Assembly: GCA_964106915.2 (NCBI GenBank)
Contig: OZ066916.1
Source: Podarcis gaigeae
Taxonomy: Eukaryota
Strand: one strand, 5' to 3'
Length of the DNA stretch: 64,000 nt
Shown here piece by piece: positions 39,788-50,200 of this stretch. How positions within the stretch are numbered: the stretch's first letter is position 1; every line of letters starts with the position of its first letter. A model generated the notes under the pieces. It was not told the origin of the DNA, did no database searches, and saw only the letters and a program-made list of their open reading frames with translations. A program made the translations under genes and the position numbers.

Positions 39788-42101
39788 CTATAATTTCTTA
39801 ATCTATATTATTATATTAGCACTGCACAGAAATTCTCCTGGTATTGAGTAGGAAGCTAAGCAATGACGGGACTAACAATACGATTAAAGAGCCCTAATCA
39901 AGGTCAAGAAAGGTTACCACAGTCTTCATCATCTATGCTTTTTGCTCTCTGATTCTTAATGTGTAGACTAAATGGATATGGTAATGTGACTGCTTATGCA
40001 CATCCTTCACAAAATATAAGAAGTCCCAGAAATCTCAGCCATAATCCATATATTCATCTCTTTCCACTTCGTTATCACTTCTTCTCTTTACCATATTTAT
40101 GCTGAAAATAAGCATCTAGTGGCTGTGTACATTAGCAACACTTGTGATTCAGGAATTAGCAATGACTACGGGATCTGAAAGACCACCAGCAGACTTGCCC
40201 ACAAGTTATCCCGCTGAGGTTAAATGTGATTGCCTATCTGTGTTAATGCTTGTGCATATACTTCAACTCTCTAGCTAAGAGACAAGCTTCCTGTGTTTTT
40301 GAACAGAAGTTTCAAAGCTGATGGTTAACAGGAATGCTCCAAAGCTATGTCATCTCTTTAGGGCGTTTCAGCTCCCCCACCCCCAAATCCATTAATAGCA
40401 CATTGGTTGTTGTCAGAGTGTCTATTATGAGGCTCAGGCTGTGAAAGCTGTCTCACCACCAGCAAGATATGACAGGACTGTAAGAGAGGGAGGAGAGGTA
40501 ACCGGAGATAGATATGTGCTGCCTTGGTGACAATTTCTGGGGGGAAAGACAGAGATGGATCAGTAAAAATTTCCATTAAATCAAGAAAAACACAACTTGC
40601 CCCTAACATCACCTCTGATGGCTTCCTAGACCAGCTGCTTTACAGACACCCTACTGGGGAACAAATTGCTTTCCTGGCAGGACACTTGGACACTCCTGCA
40701 TTAATAGATATGGATCCCAGCATGCCAAGCCAAGCAAGAAGGCAATTTAATATGAGCAACACTGTCATCTCAATTTAGGACAAACAGCTAGGATGCCCTA
40801 CAGGGCATTGCAACAGCTTCTAGAAGTAGACAACATAAGACATTCTCGCTGTCTTAGGGCTATGCAAAGCTGGTGTTTCCAGTAAATAGCCAAACCAAGG
40901 AGAGTGGGAAAATGTAAAATGCAGAGCATTGTACTGTCTGCGAGCATCAGTTTCAATTCACAGGGCTTTTGCACGACTGCAGCAAAGCTTGGAAGGAAGA
41001 ACGGCAGCAGCAACCACAGAAACAGGTGTAACACTAGGTGGCAGGCCTTTCATATCCAGGTAGCAAGAAACAGTCCCAGAGAGAAAAACCCAGAAAGCAG
41101 GGAAAGCTTTAGTAGTTCTCTCTAAGCAGTGCTACACATTACAGAGAACAGCAATGACATGTGTGTGGGTGTGTAGCTTTTCAAAATGCATTATTCCCCC
41201 CCGCCCTGCAGCTAGCATCTTTTCCAGAATTAGTAGAAAAGGCTATTCCTAATCTACAGCTGCAAAAAGACAGGTGCTGCGATGCGTCAGAGATTTACCG
41301 TGCTGATTTACTAAGTGATTTACAGGGTTGAGTTTTCACAGGCAGCAGACCAATGACTTAATCAGATACACGGTCTCAGATATGTCACATTAGTTTTTAT
41401 TAAAAGGATGAAGGCACTCTTTTTAAAATCAGGGTTATGCTGATGCATGGCTCAAAACAACAGAGATCTAGTCAACAGAAGATGAAATCACATGACTATC
41501 AGCCATAGGGTGGACATTTTCAAAGTTACTCAGTGGTGGCTCAAACTGAATGGAAAGTCACCCAACTGTAAACAGTGAACCAATTATGATGCTCTCAAAG
41601 CAGCTTGGAAATTGGGGAAGTGGGGGATACTGGGACACTCATTTCATGATAATTAACCAAAGTTACTGATGTCAGTGAAATAACATTGCATAGTTTACAT
41701 AGTTGGATGTTGTAAATGCTTGTGTGAAACCACTGTTTGATCTAAAGCAAATTTTTGCCACTCATATACATCTGCAAGATTGCTAACCCTCCAAATACCT
41801 AAACATAAGATACCACAGTCTGTTTTTAGGAAGCCAGTAGAAGTTTGCATAATTAGAAAAATCAATAGAGGTTGGAGGTGCTGGCTTTGGACACCAAGAA
41901 TAATGGATGGGATCAACTTAGATAACAAATCAGAAGGATGCCGTAGAGAGAGAAAATTAACAATAGCAGCTGGGACAAAAATAGTCAGGCCATACTTGGT
42001 ATAGGAAAGGTTTTCAGACCAAGTGAGGCACCACATATGACTCCCATGGCAGACCACAACGAAAATCCAGGCATTTAGAACATAACAGTTTGATCAATAC
42101 T

Positions 42102-42284
42102 AAGATGGAGGGCACAAGAAGAAGGGGACGACAAAGGACGAGATGGTTGGACAGTGTTCTCGAAGCTACCAGCATGAGTTTGACAAACTGCGGGAGGCAG
42201 TGGAAGACAGAAGTGCCTGGCATGCTCTGGTCCATGGGGTCACGAGGAGTCGGACATGACTAAATGACTAAACAACAACAACAA
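42102..42284 (+). mobile_element. Bov-B/RTE LINE 3' end
   Basis: Translates KMEGTRRRGRQRTRWLDSVLEATSMSLTKLREAVEDRSAWHALVHGVTRSRT, resembling the Bov-B ORF C-terminus; ends GACTAAA(CAA)n. Confidence 0.92.
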
Positions 42285-44293
42285 GAAGATGTCATTTGCT
42301 GGAAATCAATGTTGTTTTATCTTCCCTCGTTGAGCCTCTACCTCAGTTGCTAAATGTCTCAATATCGGCATGTAGATTTGTTGAGTACTCAATATTTCTA
42401 AATATTATTTACTTTGCAATTAATCACAGGCACCATGCTCAATGACAGCAGATAAAGAATGCTGTGTTAAAAGTGATTATAAAATAGTGCAATCTTAGGG
42501 CCCAGCTGGATATGAAGAGGCCAGTTAGATATTTTATTCATATTCTGTCCCCATTCATGTAGAAAGGGAGGACTAATTAATTTTTCACATGAAATGGGCA
42601 TGTGGGTGAGGAGAACTAAGCCTTCCTATTACCTCCCTGCTCTGAGTCATTTCAGTCACTTTTTATTTATTTTAACAGGATTTATATACTGCCTAATTTA
42701 GAAAACTAAACTAAACACCACAAGCAGTTTAAAAACAAATAGACTTAATAAAATAATCAAATTCTAGATAAAACAGGTTTAAAAACAAATATACATAACA
42801 CAATCACTAATCTGGGTAGGTTTGCCTAAACAGAAAAAAAATGGAAGAAGTATCAAAAGCAGTACAATATTAGAAGGCTGTTTCAGAGAACTGGTGTTGC
42901 AAATTAGGTAGGGTTGCTTATGATTGCAAACTGAACCAAATTTCTCCTCTATTTCTAACCAGATCCCCACCAGTCTCAGTTTTACCTGGGCAAATAAGTT
43001 TTTAAAAAACCCAAACATGGCTGCTGCCATTATGTCTAGTTTGGAGACTGCAATAAGCTAGCTATTGACTTGTGAAGGAAGCTCAGCCTCACTTACAAAT
43101 TAAACCCTATCCTGAAGACAGCCTTGATCAAGTCAAATCTGAAGTACATTTCCCAAGTTGACATAATAATAATAACCCCCTCCTTCTGTGAATTGCTTCA
43201 AAACAGATCTTCAGGACAATGCATAACAAAAGGTGTAAACGCTATTGGGGGGAAATAATGGTTCAGATGAAGAATGATGACAGAGTCGTGACTGTAATAG
43301 CATGTTACTAAAACACTATGGTCCCCTTTTACTGGAAGAACACTATACTATAATAAAAGCTTCTCCTGCAAAACACAAGTTAAAATGCAGCCAAAAACTG
43401 TGCTCTGCAAGAAGAGCCTCAGTAAAGGATTTTTTTGTATATTCTACCAACCCCCCCAAAAAACACTCAATTGTTCTCCCCACACTGTTCTACAACATTT
43501 ATCTTTCTCTGCAATGAATCAGAGGAAGTCGATGGAAAGGTTAAACTGAGAAGCCATGAAAAAGTTTTTCTGAATACAAATACCAACAATTTCTCCACTT
43601 AAAAAAGTAGTAATTTGTATGTGTTGAAGGCAAGGCTGCTGTAAGGGGAGTTGGAGGAAAGAAGCTGTATGGGGGTGTGGGGGGAGGAGACAACAATCTA
43701 TCTAAAACTACAGCCACTAACTCCTATGGGTAACATTATTTTGGGAAGAAACTAAGTGATTGCCTTGATCCACGTGGTTCTCGTTACCATAGCAGTGTTG
43801 GAAGACAAGAATGAGGAAGTGATTCTCATGCCACTTGTCAATAAGTGTGAATTCTTTCCTCAAGAGAGAAATATATTTTTTTTCCTGACAAGCCTATCTT
43901 TTCTTTTCTTGGGTGATTATAGTTAAAGGTAAGCTGAAAATATGTAGCAGGGGTGCTAGTCTATTCCTCTTTCAGCCTCACAACAACCCTTCAAAGCAAG
44001 TTAGGCTGTGACCGGCACATCACCCAGTGTGAACTTCGTGAGTAAATTAAGATTTGAGCTGAGTATCCCCAGTCCTAATCAGACACTCTTATTTCAGTTT
44101 CCCCTAAGTGTTTTGGACTACAACTTCTATCATCCATGACCAATGGTCATGGTAATATCCGATGGTAATATCATATTAATATCATATGGGAGGAAGCTGC
44201 TTTAATCAATACACCATACTGACAATCTTTTAAAGATTAGTGTGTGGATTTATGCTGCAGGCTTAGCTAATTGGTGCTTTAAGCTGTTACCTA

Positions 44294-44649
44294 AAGGTAA
44301 AGGTACCCCTGCCCGTACGGGCCAGTCTTGACAGACTCTGGGGTTGTGCGCCCATCTCACTCAAGAGGCCAGGGGCCAGCGCTGTCCGGAGACACTTCCG
44401 GGTCACGTGGCCAGCGTGACATCGCTGCTCTGGCGAGCCAGAGCCGCATACGGAAACGCCGTTTACCTTCCCGCTGGTAAGCGGTCCCTATTTATCTACT
44501 TGCACCCGGAGGTGCTTTCAAACTGCTAGGTTGGCAGGCGCTGGGACCGAGCAGCAGGAGCGCACCCCGCCGCAGGGATTCGACCGCCGACCTTTCGATC
44601 GGCAAGTCCTAGGCGCTGAGGCTTTAACCCACAGCGCCACCTGCGTCCC
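44294..44649 (-). mobile_element. Sauria SINE, young subfamily C, full length
   Basis: 13-bp TSD AAGCTGTTACCTA (44281-44293, 44650-44662). Confidence 0.96.
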
Positions 44650-45617
44650 AAGCTGTTACCTACTTTGCCACTAGAGTAACAACACTTCAAGGTACGCTAA
44701 AAAATCTCACAACAGAATTCCTGTTTGTTTTAAAAGACGACATTTTGATTTCATTTACTGTGTGGACTGCTAAAAATTTATAGCGTGTTTGCCTGGAAAC
44801 ATTAAAGGAGGGAGATAAAGGAGGAGGATTTGTTGGAATATGAGTACTACGCAGCTGCAAACAAGCAGCTCGATGTTTACATCACATGATGTGGCTAGCC
44901 CTGGGAAAGGATGTACCAGGCAGTTCACAGGGCGGTTCACAGGGATTTGTTTTTTTGTGTAATATGAGACCTTCCTGTTGCTTTTGTGAAGGAAGTCTTT
45001 CGTAGTTGCTCGGAGAAGACTGAACTGATCGGACATGTTTTGTACAGTTGTACAGTCAGAAATAAACCGTAGATGAAACAGACTTTCTGACTTTCTTCTT
45101 TCTCCTGCTGGTATGCAAGGGGAAGGGGGTGTGCATCTTCCACGCTGGGAGATGTCGCCTATCAAGATCTTCCTGGACTGCCGTGATGCCAGCCAGGATA
45201 GGTCACCGGCAAACATGCCCTGGAGCTGGGCAGAAGGGCCAGCCTCTCCCGAGGGGACAAGTTTTCCAACAGGATTTGGATAGTTTTGAACCACTCCATA
45301 TGTACAACCTTCCAAATTGTTGTACTACCCACAGATGTTTAGGACTGGGCACACCACTGTATTAGTACAAAGATGCAAAAAAATTGTGAAGTATGTATTT
45401 TAATTTTCCTGTGTTTTATTGATTTTCAGATGTAACAGAACAAAGGAAACAACAATATGACCAACCAAAGACTTTGGTTTTAAGGAAAAAATATGTAATG
45501 CTTAGAAGTGCATTTCTATTATATTGGTAGCTCAAGATCATGACTAAATAAACACGTGTGCCTTTAATGCCCCACTTTAAAACTTCCCGAGACCAAGGGA
45601 TCCATTTCTCCCAAGAG

Positions 45618-45995
45618 GGAAAAAAAAAGGTAAAGGACCCCAGGATGGTTAAGTCCAGTCAAAGGTGATTATGGGTTTGCAGGGCTCATCTCGCTTTCAG
45701 ACTGTGGGAGACGGCAATTGTCTACGGACAGTTTTCCGGGTCATGTGACCAGCATGACTAAACTGCTTCTAGCGCAACGGAACACCAGAGTACATGGAAA
45801 CGTTGTTTATCTTCCAGCTGCAGCGGTACCTATTTATCTACTTGCACTTTTTGGTGTGCTTTTGAACTGCTAGATTGGCAGGAGCTGGGACAGAGGAACG
45901 GGAACTCACTCCGTTGCAGGGATTCGAACTGCTGACCTTCTGATCGGCAAGCCCCAAAGGCTCCGTGGTTTACACCAGAGCGCCTCCCTTGTCTC
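45618..45995 (-). mobile_element. Sauria SINE subfamily A, full length
   Basis: 12-bp TSD TTCTCCCAAGAG (45606-45617, 45996-46007); AAAGGTAAAGGACCCC tail; conserved core. Confidence 0.92.
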
Positions 45996-46952
45996 TTCTC
46001 CCAAGAGTGAGCCAGTGTGTATTACACACCTTGTCTGCAAATTCGCTTACAAAGCTTTTCTGCTAATATCTTAGTTCCGCCCCATAAGATTTTATTAAAG
46101 CTTTTTCATAATACAGTACAGTAAGATAAAAGAAACAAATCTAAATAAAAACTAAAACAGGGAGAGAAAGGGAGAAGAAAGGTACCTCTTAACCTTGTCA
46201 CAAACAGAAAGTGGTGGACTCCCCCCCCCCCCCCGCTCTCACCTGGGAGCTTTCTTTTCTTCTCCCAGCAAGTATGTCAATGAAAATGTTCAGAACAGGA
46301 GGTAGTATTCCCATCCCACCCTGCCTCCAGTGTGGAAAATCAGCATAATCCGTTCACACTGCGAAATCACAACTGTTCTCCTGTAGTAATGTCTAACATG
46401 TTGAAATTACACAGATAACATTTCTATAATCAAGCAGCATTTATAAATGTTATGAGGGCAATTTGTTTCTGCCATGTGTCAATGTACTTTAATGCAATTT
46501 TCAATAGCTACATGTCACACTGAAAACGAAGATTGAGCTGTTTGGACGTCTATTGACTGAAATAATATAAGTGATCATTTGCTAATAATTAATTCTATGC
46601 CCCACTGGGACGAATTACATTGCTTGAAAGGGAAGCAATACAATAACAGTGACAGGTTTCCCTGAACAGTGAAATCTTTTAGCACATATCGCAAAAATGC
46701 ATCCATAGATCTATTATTTTGTTCTGCATGTGTTGCTATTTTCTCATTGATTTGATCAAACCTGTCAATAAACCATGCTTTCCACCATTACATTGTTCAT
46801 AGTCAAGAGACAGGGTGGCACCATAAAAGTAATGGGGGATTTCTCAGAAAGTGAGCTTTAGCCACATTTTAGATTTCTGGAAAAGAAGTAATCTGAAACA
46901 GATTTTCTTTCATGTAAGTTCTGTTGAATTTGACTGAGTTAACTTTCAAGTA

Positions 46953-47407
46953 CTGTATTGGCCTGAATATAAGCCTCACTCTCCCCCCCTCCCCAAATTC
47001 TGACCATGAAAAGTTACAAATGCAGCTTAAATTTGCAGCCTTACAAAAAATGGCTTTTACGATATCATTGCTGAAACAGACATACGGTAAAACGGAACGG
47101 GTGTGAGTGCCTGCAGAATTTAAAGGGAGCGGCTTATATTCGGGCCAATACAGTCATACCTCGGAATAAATACGCTTCAGGATAAGTATTTTTTGGTTGT
47201 GCTCCGTGGCGAGCCGGAAGTAATGGAGCACGTTACTTCCAGTTTTCGCCGCTCACGCATGTGCAGACGGTCAAAATGACGCCATGCGCATGCGCGGAAG
47301 CGGCGAAACATGACCCGCGCACGAGCAGACGTGTCTTAGGTTCTGTTCAGGATGTGAACGGGGCTCCGGAACAGATCCTGTTCACATCCCGAGGTACCAC
47401 TGTACAG
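46953..47407. mobile_element. Tc2/pogo-like MITE (host) with its right TIR interrupted
   Basis: Left end TA-CTGTATTGGCCTGAATATAAGCC; right end GGCTTATATTCGGGCCAATA[insert]CAG-TA. Confidence 0.85.
47151..47402. mobile_element. Tc1/mariner (Tigger-like) MITE nested in the host TIR
   Basis: TA TSD (47149-47150, 47403-47404); ends CAGTCATACCTCGG / CCGAGGTACCACTG; CpG-rich interior. Confidence 0.85.
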
Positions 47408-47789
47408 TAAATATTGGAGCCTTATATTTCTAGTTTATGATTCAGATAAAATTTGGAAGTGGAAAATGTCTTCTTGTCAAGTGACCAATCATGGAGCTAG
47501 TTTGATGATTTGTCTGAGAGGCTGTTTGCCCCATACCTTTCTGGTGCAGCTTATGGAAAGAGCACCTGCCTAAGTCAAAGAGAGGACACGGATGTGCTTG
47601 CCACTAAGGACTTGGTTGGCTTAGTGGATCACAGGTTGTTTAACCTCCTCTACAGCCTCTATGCCTTTAGATCTTTGAAAAGCCTCTCATTAAGTGAGGA
47701 AAACCAGGATATTCCAGATTTTTAGCAATGGTGGCAATGCACCATTGACTTAGGAGAACAGTAAGAGAAATACAGGTTGCTGGCATTGG

Positions 47790-48654
47790 CTTGCATTCAG
47801 ACTGTTGTCTGAGATTAGTTATGGACAGGAGGACAGCCAATAATGAAGCTGAATCCCAATAAGATGAATATTTTGTTAGTGGGTGGTCTAGCAATTTTGG
47901 AAGATAATGTTTGGTTAGTCTTAAGGAGGGTTGCACTCCTTCTGAAGGATGAGGTTCCTAAGCCTGGGATATCATTAGATTTTTACTTTTCTGTGGAGGC
48001 CCAAGTTGCCTTGAGGTCACTAGATGACTTTTGTCCACTAGCACTGATGAATCACTATATTCAGGATCAAGATAGCCTAGTCACAGTTATTCATAATGTG
48101 CTAACATCCCACTTGGTTTACTGCAACCTGTTGTACAAGGGGCTGTCCTTGATGACAGCTTAGAAACTGCAGTTGGTACAAAATCTGTAGAGACTGATAA
48201 TTGGTACCAGGTATATTGAATACAGCTCACCAGTTTGAAAACAACTGTGCTGGTTTCTAATTTACTTCTGGCTGCTGAATGGTTTGGGTATAGGGTATAT
48301 TAAGTGCTTTCAACACATATCTGACAAGTTTCTATTACAGTATCTTTCTTTGAGACCCTTCTTTGGTCCCCTCATCTTCAGCTGTGGTTCCCTGACTTTC
48401 CTACACTGTCCTCTAGGAGACATCTGTTCAGGGCCAGGTGAAGACCTTTTTTATTCACCCATATATTTTAGCTGTTGGGTTTTTATGCATTGCTTTTAAT
48501 TTGGCTTGCATTGTTTTAGTTTTCCACTGCTCTTACTGTGTTTATTATTTTCTCAGGTTGTTTTACTATGTTAAATTTATGCTAGCTGCTCTGAGAGAAT
48601 ATTCTCTGAAGGGTGGGATACGAATTTTCCAAATAAGTAAGTAAGTAAGTAAGT
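47790..48654 (+). mobile_element. Old L2 LINE 3' portion (degenerate ORF2 C-terminus, 3'UTR and (TAAG)n tail)
   Basis: ORF 47843-48163 KLNPNK..LLV...VALLLKDEV...LD...EAQV...LVTVIH..LTSHLVYCNLLY.GL resembles the L2 post-RT region; continues KLQLVQN after a stop. Confidence 0.82.
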
Positions 48655-49904
48655 GCCATGTCATGCAAACAAGCAATGGGATGCCCAAGAGTGAAAACTG
48701 GTGTCCTAGTGAGAATAACGAGTCATCTCAATGCAATTGGATAAAAAGATCTCTAGTACTGAACCCACATGCACAAATAACTTGTCCAACCATGTTCATA
48801 ACTGATCCTAGGAGAGCATGGGGGACTCTAGTATTTTTTAAATGGTGATCTGTATCTTTTCAACTGTATCAAATCTTAAGCACCAGCAGAACAGATACTC
48901 TCAATAACCACACTGCCTACTATTTGATTTAGCATAAAAGGTCTTGGAAGTAGGGGACTTGCTAGTGGTAGCAAAATTTAATTTCAGAGAAATGTATGGA
49001 TAGAATGAAATTAATCGAGATATGACTATCCAACCATGACTCACTGCCCTCAGCCAAGGACGCTACTCAAGGATATATTATCCCCACCAGAATCCTCCCC
49101 CCCGTCACGTCTTCTGTAGGATATTATTTTATGTCCAAAGTGTATCTGGTTGTCTATTATTTCCCATGCTTCTATCTGAAATACAGTTGCCCATTGTCCT
49201 CGACAACACACTCCTGTTTTCAATTCAGAGCATTCCCTTTTATGTGCTAGAGATGTCTCTTGTTTAATTGGATCACTTTATTTTCTTTTCACAGATCATT
49301 TCAGTTTTTTATGATATTCCCTTTACTTTTTGTAATATAGCTTTGCAGCAGAAATGTTATTGTTCAGGTTGAGACACATTTTCTATTCTAAGTCTATTCT
49401 CAGCCACTTGAAACAGTTCCAAAATATTTCTTTTAAAGTGAAGGCTTTTTTTTTTTTAATGCTTGGTCTTCAATTCAGAGAGGTATTTGAAGTTACATAA
49501 GCCTCCTACACCCAATACTAAAGAAAAACAGTTTCCCCATCAACTAAGTAATTGAATGCTCTTTTCACAATCTGATAATTCTGTAGTTTTGTTTTAAAAC
49601 TTCAAATATGAAATAAGTATCACATCTGTTACGGGGAAAGTGACTGGGCAGATCAGTTCAGAATATTTTTTAAAAAAAGAATAACCAAGGTTCTTCACAT
49701 ATTAACAACTCATACACAGGAATAAAATTAATGGAGGGCATCTCTGCATAGCATAAATTTCATTAGATTATCAGAATTAGGATTATGCTGAAGACTCCAA
49801 CCTATATGTTTGAAATAAGTTCAAGCAATCAGTCATCTAACTGTGAACCTGCTGTGCTGCAAATGGACATGGCTGAGGCAATTACCGGGATCTGCCCAGA
49901 CTTC

Positions 49905-50200
49905 ATGCAGGGCTTACTGCCCAGTCGAAAAAACAAGATCCAGAGTGTAGCCTGCCATGTGTGTTGGGCCAGTGACATGTTTGGACAGCCCCATGGTTGT
50001 TATGGCGGCCATGAAGTTCTGAGCCACCCCAGAGCCAGCTGCCTCAGCATGGACGTCGAAGTCTCCCAGAACCAGAAGACTGGGAGTCCTCAACACCGCC
50101 TCTGAGACCAGCTTTGTCAGCTGAGGCAGGGAGACTGCTGGGCAGCGAAGTGCTAGTACAGGGCAGCAGGGATCCTGCTACAGGTATTTGTCCTCCAATG
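49905..50200 (-). mobile_element. L2-type LINE endonuclease (APE) fragment
   Basis: ORF 49914-50096 LLVLGDFDVH...VTGPTHMAGYTLDLVF carries GDFN-like and PTH..G.TLDLVF motifs. Confidence 0.85.

Noticed and set aside
44770-45315. 181-aa minus-strand ORF as a nested gene or PRKN exon
   Set aside because: Non-ATG start, no resemblance to parkin exon 10 or any domain I recognise, and no clear splice signals. A TBLASTN or PhyloCSF signal would be needed to revive it.
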